Positions 48,936-59,856 of a stretch of DNA of 64,000 bases are shown in pieces. The position numbers were made by a program, and so were the translations under genes. Position 1 is the stretch's first letter. Each line of letters begins with the position of its first letter. The notes under the pieces are model-generated. The model saw nothing but the letters and a program-made list of their open reading frames with translations, had not been told where the DNA came from and searched no databases. The DNA is from an uncultured delta proteobacterium (GTDB taxonomy: Bacteria; Desulfobacterota; Desulfomonilia; Desulfomonilales; Desulfomonilaceae), in NCBI GenBank assembly GCA_963789265.1, contig CAWBKB010000006.1, positions 128,001 through 192,000 of the forward strand, read 5' to 3'.

Positions 48936-51145
48936 CAATCCATCTCATGCTCGCCGCCAGGTTGTCGTGGGACTTCCGGCAACGTCCAGGCTAACACGCG
49001 ACTGGAATTGATGAAAATCACACCTGTGTGCAATACGTGGGAGAGTCCGCTCATCATAGGAGAAAGATACCCCAGCAGACCCAGCACTGCTCCAAAGACG
49101 TCGGTGCCGATCGCAAACCAGTGGTTCTGTTCAATGACATTGAGAGTGTGCTCGCTCAAGCTCCGCAGGTGGATTAAGCGGAACAGGTCGCCATCCACCA
49201 CGGCTATGTCCGCCGCTTCGATCGCGGCCTCGCTGCCACCGGCTCCCACGGCTACTCCGATGCGAGCTTTTGACAAGGCCAGAGCGTCGTTTATACCGTC
49301 GCCGACCATCACTACGTTCCGGCCTGAAGCGGTCAGCTTCTCGACATACTCTGCCTTCTCTTCCGGTAACATGTTGCCCCGGTAGAACTCGAAACCATGA
49401 CTATCAGCAATCGTCTTGACTACCTTACTGTCGTCGCCGCTCACCAGATGTATCTGCGTCACTCCATCAGCTCTAAGCCTCCTGAGAAGCTCATCCAACC
49501 CGGCTTTGACGTCATAAGCCACTCCGATCAAACCTTCCGAAATCCCGTCTTTAGCTACATACACATTCGTATGCCCAAGCTGCTCCAGTCGCGTGGTCGC
49601 GGCGGACAAAGCGCTTACATCGATGCCTTCATCATCCATCAATCTCAGATTTCTCACCGTAACGGAGTGTCCGTCCACTACCGCCATAACCCCGCGGCCG
49701 AGCACAATGTTCGTCCGCCTGGGCTTTCGCGGAACATGACCCTGAGATTTGGCAGTTTTAACGAGCGATTTGGCTATGGGGTGAGGATTGCGCGCCTGTG
49801 CATCCGCGGCTAGCCCAAGAATCTCTCGCGGCTCAGTTTCGGGCTTCATGGGGATGATTTCCACCATCGTAGGAATTTCGCTGGTGACTGTGCCGGTCTT
49901 GTCGAAACACGCGCAATCGATCTCTCGGAACCGTTCCAGATACAGTCCACCCTTCACAAGTACCCCGTTGCGTGCTGCGTTCGCAAGGCCGGCAGTAACT
50001 GCCGTAGATGCGGCCAGGACTGTGGCGCAGGGGCTGGCCATAGCCAATAGCACTGACAGGGTCTTGCTCAGATCGCGGGTGAGCATGGCAGTAAAGCCTG
50101 TGGACACCAAGCCCAGAGTCGTCAATCGGGCAGCCAGCAGGTCCGCACGTTTCTCGGCTTCTGCTCTGTTGGCCAACGATTCTTCCACGCGCATGACGAT
50201 TCGAGCCATGTAGGTGCCTTCTCCCACATCTTGCGCCAGAACTTGAACCATTCCTGTGTGAATCATGGTCCCCGCGTGGACCGAATCGCCCGGTTTTCGA
50301 TACTCCGGCTCAGCGCGCCCGGTGATGTGCGACTCATCGATTAAGGCTTCTCCTTCGACAATGATTCCGTCTACCGGAATCCGTTCGGAGGTATGGATTG
50401 CAACGGTGTCCCCTGGCCGGATGCGCTCAATCGGAGTTTCTACCTCAACCCCATCGACAAGCACGAAGGCCTTGCGCTCCGAGAGGATTAGTGTTTCTCG
50501 GATCTGTCTTCGGGACCTGTCCTGAACGTAATCTTCCAACAACTCGCCCACCTCGCGGATCCACGCTACCTCCAGCGCAGCAGCCGGCTGTCCTGTGGCC
50601 AGTGCAAGCACCGAGCCCGATGACAGGAACAGATGAACACTGATGAAACGCCCTCGTCTTGCATCGTTGAGGGCACGTCGGAACAGTGGCAGGCTACCCA
50701 CAACTGTGGCCAGACTGATCCATTTGGTACTCATGGGCGACTTAAGCAGCAAAGTCCTGAAAAGGTAGTAGGCAATGAATCCGGTCAACGCCAGGACCTT
50801 GAGCAATCCGAAAAAAAGAGAGCCTTGGTCTTCGGAGCGGCTCAAATTACGAGCCCTTGGGGCCGGCTCCCTTTCGGGCATCGCGCTCAAGTCGGAGGGA
50901 TGGTCCATGACTTCGCTCAGAGCTTCCACAATGGCCTCAGCGCGGGTGAGTTCCTCGTCGTACCGAACAATTATGCTGCCGGTGTTGGCCCTCACTTCCG
51001 CTGATTCTATGCCGGCCCGACCTGCCAGAAAACGCTCCAATGTTTGTGCATTCAGCATACCGGTTCGAACCGCGGGCGCTTTGACACGCAATCTGCCGGC
51101 CGTGGAATGACAGATTGTAAACCGGCTCAATGATTCACGACTCAT
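48935..51145 (-). CDS. Heavy-metal translocating P1B-type ATPase
   Basis: N-terminal HSTAGRLRV domain, SPC TM motif, DKTGT, HP and GDGIND motifs. Confidence 0.9.
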   Translation of the reverse strand: MSRESLSRFTICHSTAGRLRVKAPAVRTGMLNAQTLERFLAGRAGIESAEVRANTGSIIVRYDEELTRAEAIVEALSEVMDHPSDLSAMPEREPAPRARNLSRSEDQGSLFFGLLKVLALTGFIAYYLFRTLLLKSPMSTKWISLATVVGSLPLFRRALNDARRGRFISVHLFLSSGSVLALATGQPAAALEVAWIREVGELLEDYVQDRSRRQIRETLILSERKAFVLVDGVEVETPIERIRPGDTVAIHTSERIPVDGIIVEGEALIDESHITGRAEPEYRKPGDSVHAGTMIHTGMVQVLAQDVGEGTYMARIVMRVEESLANRAEAEKRADLLAARLTTLGLVSTGFTAMLTRDLSKTLSVLLAMASPCATVLAASTAVTAGLANAARNGVLVKGGLYLERFREIDCACFDKTGTVTSEIPTMVEIIPMKPETEPREILGLAADAQARNPHPIAKSLVKTAKSQGHVPRKPRRTNIVLGRGVMAVVDGHSVTVRNLRLMDDEGIDVSALSAATTRLEQLGHTNVYVAKDGISEGLIGVAYDVKAGLDELLRRLRADGVTQIHLVSGDDSKVVKTIADSHGFEFYRGNMLPEEKAEYVEKLTASGRNVVMVGDGINDALALSKARIGVAVGAGGSEAAIEAADIAVVDGDLFRLIHLRSLSEHTLNVIEQNHWFAIGTDVFGAVLGLLGYLSPMMSGLSHVLHTGVIFINSSRVLAWTLPEVPRQPGGEHEMD

Positions 51146-51519
51146 TGGCTCATCCTCTCAAATAGGAACCTGTTTGAATGCCATGACCGTGCGGACTGCT
51201 TCGGCACGTGGTTCTGTTACGGAATTATCCGGTGCACGCGGCCTGTCGTGGGCTTTAGAGGCCGTCATAGGTCGCCCGATGGTTTCTCGATACCTGATAA
51301 GTCCGCCTCGTCGTGATTCAAAGCTCCCGGGGGGTTCTGACCCCTTTGACTGGAGAGAAACACTTCCCCACACGTCCGACGATACTCTCCAAACATCTGA
51401 TGGTCAAAAATAACCTCGGTCGTTGCTACTCCCCCCCACAAAAGACTTAGCAATACCAAGGCAAGGGAAAGGTTGTCTCCTGAATAACCTAAAGAAATAC
51501 GGATGGAAGAAATTTCTCT

Positions 51520-51566
51520 TTGACCTGGAGATTGGTCGGTGTTATTGTGTATTCACAATGTGAATA
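51520..51566 (+). promoter_or_regulatory. Sigma70-like promoter plus 17-bp palindromic operator (putative IclR site)
   Basis: TTGACC-N17-TATTGT followed by TATTCACA-A-TGTGAATA (51550-51566). Confidence 0.6.
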
Positions 51567-51632
51567 GTCACGTGCCGAACTATACTTCAGCAAGTGGCTG
51601 ATACTCATGTTCGTAGGAGGTAACGGGTAAAA

Positions 51633-52460
51633 TTGAAGACTCAACTACTATTAGGAAGTGAAACCGATGACTGGGAACGCCATGACCTTGGGTCCAAAAG
51701 AGTCCCGGCCGTCCACAAGTGCTTTGCAATTCTGGACTCAATTATCGCGTCCCGGGAGCCTCTCGGCGTAAGCGAGATCTCAAGGCGGCTTGGCCTGAAC
51801 AAAAGCACCGTTTTTAACATCGTCCGTACCCTTGTTGACCTGGAGGTCCTTGAACACAGACCCCACAGTAAATTGGGCATCGGGACGCGCCTCTACGTTT
51901 TGGGTCAAGCCGCCGGCAGCAAGGCGGAACTGGTGCGTACCGTGCATTCCTACTTGAAGACGATCTCTTTCGAGTCGATGCTTTCCTCGTTTCTTGTCAT
52001 ACGGTGGGGCATGTACGCTGTTATTGTCGACAAGGCGCAAGCTGCGACTTACGTGAAAGTATCTTACGAAATAGGAACTCGCCTGCCTCTCCTCGTGGGA
52101 GCCACAGGCAGAGCACTGTTATGTCAGCTTTCCGATGAGGAACTCGAAGATATTGTCCGTGAAAATGAGCCGCTGAGGTTGATTCCTCATGCTCGCAAGG
52201 ATAGGATCTCTCTCAGGGACGCGGTTATGAGGGTACGCGAGGAAGGCTTTGCCGCCGACATGGAGGAACACGTTGACGGTGTTATCACCTTAGCGGTCCC
52301 CATTAACACCCACAGGGCAGATCTTCAGGCAGCTATTTCCGCGGTTGGCTTCAAGTGGCAGTCGAGGGACGGTCGTATGTTTTTAGTCTCCAAGCTGCTG
52401 AAACAGATCGCGGAAGAGCTTGATTGCCGCTTCTCAAGGGTCTGGACGAGGGCTGAATAG
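51633..52460 (+). CDS. IclR-family transcriptional regulator
   Basis: VPAVHKCFAIL..SEISRRLGLNKSTVFNI HTH and GATGRAL effector domain; GGAGG RBS. Confidence 0.9.
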   Translation: MKTQLLLGSETDDWERHDLGSKRVPAVHKCFAILDSIIASREPLGVSEISRRLGLNKSTVFNIVRTLVDLEVLEHRPHSKLGIGTRLYVLGQAAGSKAELVRTVHSYLKTISFESMLSSFLVIRWGMYAVIVDKAQAATYVKVSYEIGTRLPLLVGATGRALLCQLSDEELEDIVRENEPLRLIPHARKDRISLRDAVMRVREEGFAADMEEHVDGVITLAVPINTHRADLQAAISAVGFKWQSRDGRMFLVSKLLKQIAEELDCRFSRVWTRAE

Positions 52461-52589
52461 AATAGAGTTGACTTGCGTTTGCTCGGATGGCCGTCTGTTC
52501 CGGATATCAAAGGGCACCCGGAACTGCTTCGATTCGCGTCCGCTGAAAATGTCTCGCGAGGATGCGCTACCCGAAAAGGACAGGGTCAT

Positions 52590-53423
52590 TTGATTAGTCT
52601 GAATGTACGCAAACGTCTTATAGGCTCTGAAGGCTCATTTGAATTACGCGTAAAATTCACCGTTCCTGAAGGACGACTCGCGGTACTGTACGGGGTGTCG
52701 GGAGCCGGCAAGACGACGTTGTTGCGGATGTTGGCCGGTCTGGAACAGCCGGATGACGGCTGTATTGAAATAGCCGGGAAGGCATGGTTCGACCGGAAAC
52801 AAAGGGTGTGCGTGCCTCCTCAGAAACGAAGCGTCGGAATGGTCTTCCAGAATTACGCACTCTTTCCTTCGATGACGGTGAGGCGCAATCTCGAGTTTGC
52901 CGCAGGCCGCCGAAAAGATCCCAGAGTTGACGTGCTCTTGGATATGGTCGAACTACGCGAATTGCAGCAGAGGTATCCGGAAGAGCTGTCCGGAGGTCAG
53001 CAGCAGAGGGTAGCTTTGGCAAGGGCTTTGATCAGGCGCCCCAAAATCCTGCTACTTGACGAGCCTCTTTCTGCGTTGGACGAAGCAATGAGGGAGAAGC
53101 TTCAGGAGGAAATACTGCGCCTGCACCGCGAACTGAAGCTCACGACTATTCTCGTTTCGCACGACAGAACTGAAATATTGCGTCTTGCGGACAAAGTGAT
53201 TGCACTTGACCAAGGCAGCGTGGCTTTCGATGGCCCCCCGTCTCTGGCGTTCCATTCGGATCCGAAGAAAAGCTCCGAACCGTTGAAGGCGAAGCTGGTC
53301 GATATGTCCTTTGAGAACGGCTCTCTTGCGATACTCGCGACAACGGACGGAGATTCACAAACAGTAGAAATCCGGGTAGACGCGAGAGATCTCGAACGGC
53401 TCATTGAAAAGAAAAAATCATGA
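52590..53423 (+). CDS. modC: Molybdate ABC transporter ATP-binding protein
   Basis: GVSGAGKT, VPPQKRSVG.VFQ.YALF, LSGGQQQR and LLDEP motifs; start approximate. Confidence 0.82.
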   Translation: MISLNVRKRLIGSEGSFELRVKFTVPEGRLAVLYGVSGAGKTTLLRMLAGLEQPDDGCIEIAGKAWFDRKQRVCVPPQKRSVGMVFQNYALFPSMTVRRNLEFAAGRRKDPRVDVLLDMVELRELQQRYPEELSGGQQQRVALARALIRRPKILLLDEPLSALDEAMREKLQEEILRLHRELKLTTILVSHDRTEILRLADKVIALDQGSVAFDGPPSLAFHSDPKKSSEPLKAKLVDMSFENGSLAILATTDGDSQTVEIRVDARDLERLIEKKKS

Positions 53424-53429
53424 GTGGGG

Positions 53430-54119
53430 TCACGTAACCGAAAGTTTTCTTAAAAGGAGAAGAATGAGTAGGGAAATGGACCCCAGTATCACCGCAAGCA
53501 GACCGGCCCGTGCAAACTCACCGGTGAAGACAGAGTTGTAGATTTCAAGAGATAGCGTGTTTGTTCTGCCCACAATGTTTCCACCGAGCATCAACGTCAA
53601 TCCAACTTCCCCCAGAGATCTTCCGAACGCGAGAGAAAGTCCGCCGGCAATGCTCTTCTTGATGCTCGGAATCACAACGTATATGAAGGTCTCGGATTCG
53701 GACTTCCCCAAGGTGTAGGAAGCTTCAATAAGACTTACGGCACTGCTCTGCACTGCGGCCTGGACCGGCTTAACGATAAGTGGGAGACCCGCTACGAACG
53801 CGGCAATGACTACTCCCCACAGGTTGAAGATGATTTCTACGCCCAACACGCCCGAGACAAAACGTCCGATCAATCCTGTCCTTCCCAGAATGAGAAGCAG
53901 CACGAACCCCAAAGCTATCGGAGGAAACACCAGAGGCAGGGTGACCAGGGCATCTATGGCACTTCGGAGGGGACTAGTTTTCTTACCTAGATAATAGCCC
54001 AGCAAGAGACCGAAAACTGAGTGCAAGGCCAGAGATATTGCCGCCACCTTGGCCGTAAATACCAAGGGAAACACCACAGTCGTCGCACTCGCGGGGCCGA
54101 ACCAGGACGCTAAATCCAT
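53430..54119 (-). CDS. modB: Molybdate ABC transporter permease
   Basis: LPLVFPPIALGF, EAS.TLG and RSLGEVG.TLM.GGNI motifs. Confidence 0.9.
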   Translation of the reverse strand: MDLASWFGPASATTVVFPLVFTAKVAAISLALHSVFGLLLGYYLGKKTSPLRSAIDALVTLPLVFPPIALGFVLLLILGRTGLIGRFVSGVLGVEIIFNLWGVVIAAFVAGLPLIVKPVQAAVQSSAVSLIEASYTLGKSESETFIYVVIPSIKKSIAGGLSLAFGRSLGEVGLTLMLGGNIVGRTNTLSLEIYNSVFTGEFARAGLLAVILGSISLLILLLLRKLSVT

Positions 54120-54156
54120 GAGGCTACCTCGGATACCATGCAGTTCCAAATGGATC

Positions 54157-54288
54157 ATACCAATTCGGGTTCAAAATTATGAGAAAATCACCTCTTACCT
54201 CCCTTTAGTAAAGGGGGGAGGGGGGATTCTTGCAGGTCACCATGCTTCCACTCCCATGTTGATTACCTATTTGAGCGCAAACTGGTAT
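54157..54288. mobile_element. Short ATACC/GGTAT-ended MITE between modA and modB
   Basis: ataccaattcgggttcaaa ... ttgagcgcaaactggtat with an internal ccccttt/aaagggg unit. Confidence 0.6.
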
Positions 54289-54293
54289 CAGAT

Positions 54294-55016
54294 CTACAAC
54301 CCGGATTTCTTCAATATTTCTTTAACCTCCGGGGCACTTTTCACGAAATGCAGAAACTTCTCGGCTTCCGGGTCATTTTGGTAACCTTTCATAACTCCCA
54401 GAACTATCTTGATGGGGTTATAAAAGGCCCGGTCAAGGCTGATGTATCCGCCTGTCTTGTCTTTGATATATAGCGCATCGGTTAGGTTTAAGAACCCCGC
54501 GTCTACGTTCCCGCTTATGAGATAGCTGGAAATCTGCGGTACCGTGGCGACAACGAGCAGCTTTTTCTCAATTTTGTCAAGCAATCCCGCATTCCGAAGG
54601 AATTCCCTTCCAGCCTTTCCGTAGACGGCAAATTTTTCGTCGGGAATGGCTACCTTCGTGATTTCGGGCCGCAAAAGATCTTCCGGTTGCCGGATTTTGA
54701 CCTTCTTGCGGTACGCGATGACCAGGATTCCACTTCCGAGTTCGTGGAACGAAGCGAACTGAAGGCCCGACGAATTTAGAAAACTCGCGTCGGCAACCAT
54801 GAATGCCACTTTGCCACTAGCCTTTTCTTCCATTACGATGTGGGCGACGTTTCCGTAGATCTGATCTATCTTGCTGCCGCCGGACTTCTCATAAGCCTGA
54901 ATGATCGCGGTCAAGAGACGCTTGTACCCTGCGCCGCCGGCCAGTATCAGCGATTCGGCAAGTGCCGGGGATTGGCTGAGAAATAGCACTACAGCAATCG
55001 TCAAGAAACGAATCAT
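54294..55016 (-). CDS. modA: Molybdate ABC transporter substrate-binding protein
   Basis: Signal peptide, AGGAGYK, AIPD..AVYG.AG and TVPQ..YL.SG.VDAGF motifs. Confidence 0.88.
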   Translation of the reverse strand: MIRFLTIAVVLFLSQSPALAESLILAGGAGYKRLLTAIIQAYEKSGGSKIDQIYGNVAHIVMEEKASGKVAFMVADASFLNSSGLQFASFHELGSGILVIAYRKKVKIRQPEDLLRPEITKVAIPDEKFAVYGKAGREFLRNAGLLDKIEKKLLVVATVPQISSYLISGNVDAGFLNLTDALYIKDKTGGYISLDRAFYNPIKIVLGVMKGYQNDPEAEKFLHFVKSAPEVKEILKKSGL

Positions 55017-55108
55017 CGGTACCTCCGTGGCAAGTCAAACAATCCCGCTCAAATACTGAACTTCAGGTATTCGCGAGCCAAGATCGCGTTAGTTTTTCAC
55101 CTTGAAGT

Positions 55109-55831
55109 TCAAGTTCCGTACGGGCAGAACCGTTTCAGATTCAAGAAATAAGCAGGCGCAGCTATCGTAACTCCAAAGAAAATAGTTGGCTTTTCCGAGA
55201 GCAGAGTCCGGAGCGTATCGTTTGTGAGAGTACTCCCGGTGACTAGAGCAAGTTCGCACCACGCGATGTTATCGGCCGTACTCTCCGGTCCCTGAATGTC
55301 AATTCCGAATTTTCTCGTTCCGACATTTTCAGGGTCCATGTCTGTTACTTTGAGTTCAAACTCTTTAGCGAGCGCTTCGACCATTCTCGGCTGAAGGCCG
55401 ACCAACGCGACCCGCGGCTGTCCATAGTTCTCTCTTACGTAGGACACCAGCTCTTTGGCGCACTTCGGCGGCTCGAAGTCCTTGCAATGGATCGTCTTTT
55501 CCACTATCGCAAGGTGTCGAGCAACCGCATTCAGAGTAGCGATGAAAATTGCTCGCCGGTAGTTATTCTTGAGTTCCATGTCGCCAACTTCCGCGAGCGT
55601 GCCGGAAAACTCTCCGTACATATCTGTAAACGCTTGGCCCCTGCTTCCCATAAACTCGGCCTCCATCATCCTCTCTTTGCCTTTAATGAGGGGATAATCT
55701 CTATCTTCGGGATTTCCGATGGCCTCTTCCGGCGTCAGCGTCCTCACACCCACTCGAACCACTTCGTCTTGCCAAGAATGTTCGTCGATCAGGCGCCGAA
55801 GTTCTTGCTGCATCATGTAGAAGAAATTCAT
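55109..55831 (-). CDS. DUF364 (Rossmann-like) protein
   Basis: EEAIGNP..DYPL.KGKE, GQAFTD, LVTGST..N and C-terminal RFCP. Confidence 0.78.
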   Translation of the reverse strand: MNFFYMMQQELRRLIDEHSWQDEVVRVGVRTLTPEEAIGNPEDRDYPLIKGKERMMEAEFMGSRGQAFTDMYGEFSGTLAEVGDMELKNNYRRAIFIATLNAVARHLAIVEKTIHCKDFEPPKCAKELVSYVRENYGQPRVALVGLQPRMVEALAKEFELKVTDMDPENVGTRKFGIDIQGPESTADNIAWCELALVTGSTLTNDTLRTLLSEKPTIFFGVTIAAPAYFLNLKRFCPYGT

Positions 55832-55938
55832 TTTCAGCTCCGCTGGAAGGTGACCTGGGCCTCCATTCCTTTTCTGGTGAGTGACGCCACTTGGGCGTGG
55901 TAGCGTGTCACACTGTTGAACGTTTTCAATACGGCAAA

Positions 55939-56490
55939 TCAATAGTAGAGCAACTTCGGGCTCTCATCATCTTCACGTGGGACAACCAACCTTGCCTCGA
56001 AAAAAGGGCCGAAACGCTGAAAGAGTCTCGCCCAGTGGGTACGACCTTGTTCCAGGTCCTCAAGTATTTCGGCCACAATTTCGGGAAGCTGACAGAGCGC
56101 CTCTTTTGGGATGAACGACACTGCCCCCAGCATCATTGCGTTGCTGAGGCTTTGGGCATCTATTGCGCGGGTAGTCAACATGGCTACAGGCAGCTTGTTC
56201 TTGCGGCAGACCTCCAGAAGAAAAAAACCGCTAACGCCCATTGTGTCCAGTATGGCGAAATCAAAGGATTTCTCGGCAATCAGCCCCTGCGCCCGATCGA
56301 AACTCCCGGCGGTGACAACTTGCGAACACGCAAGGGCTTCCTGCACCGCGTCGAGAATATCAGGCTCATTGTCTACAACAAGAATTCTTTTTCCTTCGAG
56401 GGATGCGCCATCCATATCAGCCACACACATCGTCTTTTGGAACCCATTATCCGAGCTTGTCTCCGGCAAACCCTCCAAATAATAGTTCAA
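55939..56490 (-). CDS. Response regulator receiver protein
   Basis: ILVVDNEPDIL, AILDTMGVSG, MLT and SFIPKE; start uncertain. Confidence 0.8.
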   Translation of the reverse strand: MNYYLEGLPETSSDNGFQKTMCVADMDGASLEGKRILVVDNEPDILDAVQEALACSQVVTAGSFDRAQGLIAEKSFDFAILDTMGVSGFFLLEVCRKNKLPVAMLTTRAIDAQSLSNAMMLGAVSFIPKEALCQLPEIVAEILEDLEQGRTHWARLFQRFGPFFEARLVVPREDDESPKLLYY

Positions 56491-56594
56491 ATTAAATACC
56501 AGTACCTTGAAGCACTATCAGGCACAAGGCTCGCGGCAAGTGTCGGGATTTTACCACGAGTCTTTGCGCCGTGTGCCCAGGGTGGCGGACAAGG

Positions 56595-58262
56595 TCAAAA
56601 ATCAGCAAGGATAGAGACTTGTGCGCCAACAATCGGATTTATTGCTCTGTCAGGGTTGATTCCCCATCTGTTGGCCGCAGTAGGAACGTCCCATTTCGCT
56701 ACACCCCGGTCTACGCAGGCATAATTGAACCATCTCCCCGGTTGCCAGAAAGAGCCCAGCACATTAACTTGGAAGCCCTCAAGGAGTTTCCAGTCCATAC
56801 CGACCATAGCTTCCCACCCGAGCCCATTATCCGGGATGGAAGGCGCGCCGGGGTTGTCCTTATAGTTGACATAAGGGGTCCACTGGACCTGGTCCGCCGC
56901 GGCACCGGCAGCGTTAACGGTTCTGGTCACAGCAGATTTTTGGGCCGGTCGTATGAATCCCCACCCGTGTCCATGTGAACTCCGTTCGGCCCACAGGAAG
57001 GATCCGAATACATTTAGGTTTGCCGCAACCGCGTAATCAACCCTTGCAGCCATTACCCACGCTTCGTTTATGTAGCCCTGCCTGTCCAGGTCAAAGGCGT
57101 TTACGCCGGATCCATAGGCATAACCCAGAAGGTAAGTGTACGGCTGAAACGCGCCATAAGCCCCCATAAGGGGCATCTGAAAGTACGGCTGCTTGTTGAT
57201 TTGGACGCCGTGTCGTCGATCCGCACCCGGCATAAACGCGTAGAAAAGTGAAAGCTTTGCCGGGCCCGCGAGGAATCCTCCTTCTGCCATATAACGCCAG
57301 GACTCATTGTAAAGTGGAGCGGCACCGGATCGGCTGAGCCGCTCGTTCCAGAAGCCGAGTTCCGTGTTGAAAAACAGCGTTCCATTGAAATATTTGCCAT
57401 ACGTGGTACCGCAACAGATCTCATCGTCGTAAGGAACAAAGGTCAAGCGAAGGGCTTCCCTATTCTGAGACTCAGGCCCCGCATGCCAACGAAAGAACAT
57501 CGCGGTAGCCCCCATTTCCACTGAGGCCGATCTGTACCAGAGGATGGGTTGGGTCGCCAATTGACGGAGGCCATTCTTGTCAAAAAGGTTGTAATAAGGG
57601 CTCGCTGTCTGACCGAGGCGTCCCTCGGCCTGCTCCTGCCAGAACGGCTGTATTGTCAGGCCGAAGGTGAACGGGCCGTATTGACTCTTCAGCGCTACCA
57701 ATTCACACGTCGTATTGTGCGCACCATCCATTTGCAGGCCAAGGCCGAAAATTTCGGGTCGTTTGCCGAGTACGAACTCTCCCCAGGGAAGCTGAGTCGT
57801 CAGCCACCACATGGTCCACTGTCCGTCGGACGCAGCCACGAATCTCCCGGGGTGGGTGTTGGTAATGTAATTCGAGGCTGTGGGGTCTCCATAGTTACCG
57901 AGCCAATACATGCCTTGAAATCTGATTGCCGGGTTTATGCGTATCTCGGGAAATAGTTCGAGGTCCTGGTAATGCTGCGAAGCATCGGCTCCCGAAACGA
58001 GATCTCGGGACCTATAGCCCACCCACCCGTTGAGAGAAGCAAAATCACCTCGCTTCAACCCCAAAGGACCTGCCGTGCCTGCGCTGTTATCGATATTCGA
58101 TTTTCCAAAGAAACCGTTTGAACCTGCCTGACCGTAATATTCGTAGGTAGAGATAAAGCCTCCCTGCATACTGAACTCCCAGGCGCGAGCAAACTTACAT
58201 GTGAAACCGATGTACGCCCCCACGAAAAGGACGAGGAGAACGCGTGATAAACTATGAGCCAT
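56595..58262 (-). CDS. Putative outer-membrane beta-barrel (porin-like) protein
   Basis: Signal peptide ending ARA-WEF, C-terminal Phe and GGAGG RBS; paralog of 8422-10332. Confidence 0.72.
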   Translation of the reverse strand: MAHSLSRVLLVLFVGAYIGFTCKFARAWEFSMQGGFISTYEYYGQAGSNGFFGKSNIDNSAGTAGPLGLKRGDFASLNGWVGYRSRDLVSGADASQHYQDLELFPEIRINPAIRFQGMYWLGNYGDPTASNYITNTHPGRFVAASDGQWTMWWLTTQLPWGEFVLGKRPEIFGLGLQMDGAHNTTCELVALKSQYGPFTFGLTIQPFWQEQAEGRLGQTASPYYNLFDKNGLRQLATQPILWYRSASVEMGATAMFFRWHAGPESQNREALRLTFVPYDDEICCGTTYGKYFNGTLFFNTELGFWNERLSRSGAAPLYNESWRYMAEGGFLAGPAKLSLFYAFMPGADRRHGVQINKQPYFQMPLMGAYGAFQPYTYLLGYAYGSGVNAFDLDRQGYINEAWVMAARVDYAVAANLNVFGSFLWAERSSHGHGWGFIRPAQKSAVTRTVNAAGAAADQVQWTPYVNYKDNPGAPSIPDNGLGWEAMVGMDWKLLEGFQVNVLGSFWQPGRWFNYACVDRGVAKWDVPTAANRWGINPDRAINPIVGAQVSILADF

Positions 58263-58942
58263 TTTACCAATCCTCCAAACCAAAATGGAACTTAAACGAG
58301 CCCTATTGGGCTGGCTGAACACCGTACTTGACCGGCCTGGAAAGCCCCGGCGGAAACGTAAGTGATCCGCACAGGGTGCCGGTGGCGCGTGACCGGGGAC
58401 TTTCAAGCCAATCTCTTCCTGAAATCATCGCTGCTCGGTTAACATCCGGCATCCGGTCACCGGCTGAGTGGTCAACCCAGGATTATTCCTACATTGACCA
58501 CCACGACGTTATAACACCAGCGGAGAATGCCGATGTGAAACTGCCTCAAAATCAAGACTTACAACAGAACCGTGCCTCGATTGTGGGCATCAAAATCTCT
58601 AGACGGTTTCATCTATCTCTGTCGCCGCGATTCGATTGTCTCGACTTAACAGGGTGCCTGGAACGTCGGGGTCACGAGATGAGTAGTCATTGTGTGACTA
58701 CGATCATAACAAAAACACCCTCCAATCCACTTCCAGAAGGACCCGACTCTCGAAGTCAACTGCTTGGTACCGTAGCCCCAACGGATACGCGGAAACAAAG
58801 CTTCGATTCTAATGCCTCTCTCTGGGAAACACGCACCCAAACACTTCGGGCTAATTCCGACACAGGGATAGCTAGTTGTACTAGATTTGACCGAACAATA
58901 CGAGGCAAGCCTATCCTTGTCAAGAGAATTCGTCCCTTCTTG

Positions 58943-59101
58943 GTAAGCATTCAGTTCCGTGGGGAGAATTCTGTCAACGGTGTCATTGCGAGGAGTGAAA
59001 CGACGAAGCAATCTCCTCTTGGACAGGCTGGGAGATTGCTTCGCTGCGCTCGCAATGACATGGCCGGATGGAGCATCCGCCGCATGTAACTGAATGGTTA
59101 C
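58943..59101. mobile_element. 159-bp MITE with GTAA termini and 8-bp target duplication (IS66-like)
   Basis: gtaagcattcag ... ctgaatggttac flanked by ccttcttg on both sides; carries a gtcattgcgag REP pair. Confidence 0.8.
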
Positions 59102-59856
59102 CCTTCTTGGTAATCATTCACTAAGGTGGCGAGCGCAGAGGGTGCATGAGAGCCTTCGGTATGAACCGCCCTGCGATGTCGAATCAAGGAGGATTTGAAG
59201 GTGATAACAGGACCCCAAAGGGATCCGCTTTCGAATTACGGGCCAGGAGGTCCGGAGCTTCCTTGATTCGGTCCGCCACTCGGTCGCGTCTGCATGTTTG
59301 ACCGGAGCCTGTCGATACCCTTCAATGGCATTACCGGGTACTCCCCCAAAGAGATCGGCACACTGCGCAGGTAGTGCATTTCAATGGAGTAATTCGGGGG
59401 ACACCATGGTAACCATTCACTCTTGTGGGGCAGGCTTTCCAGCCTTCCGAGGAAACCCCTGTTCAATGGCGGGCTAGAAAGCCCACCCCACGAAGCCACC
59501 TGCAAATTCCGGCTGTAACTGAATGCATGCGACACCATGCTGATTTGTTATTGATACGCTGGTCGCTCTCCAATAGCATCCCTCCAAGTCTCGCCTGTCG
59601 CGCCTCGGAGTCCCCGGCTATCCCCACCCCATGACGCACAGTGGTGTCCGCTCGATGGACATGTTTCACTCGGAAGTATTGCAGGATGCTCCGTGAAGAA
59701 ACCGTGCGGTATAAAAGCTGACCGGCCCGGTCTGAGCAACGGACGACCCGGAAGGCCGCGAAAACGGCCCTTGTAAAAATAGGTATTGTGTCCTCATAAT
59801 AGCCGAGATTAAATTAAACAGTGCTTATCCAAACTCATCGGACTACGGAGCTTCTC

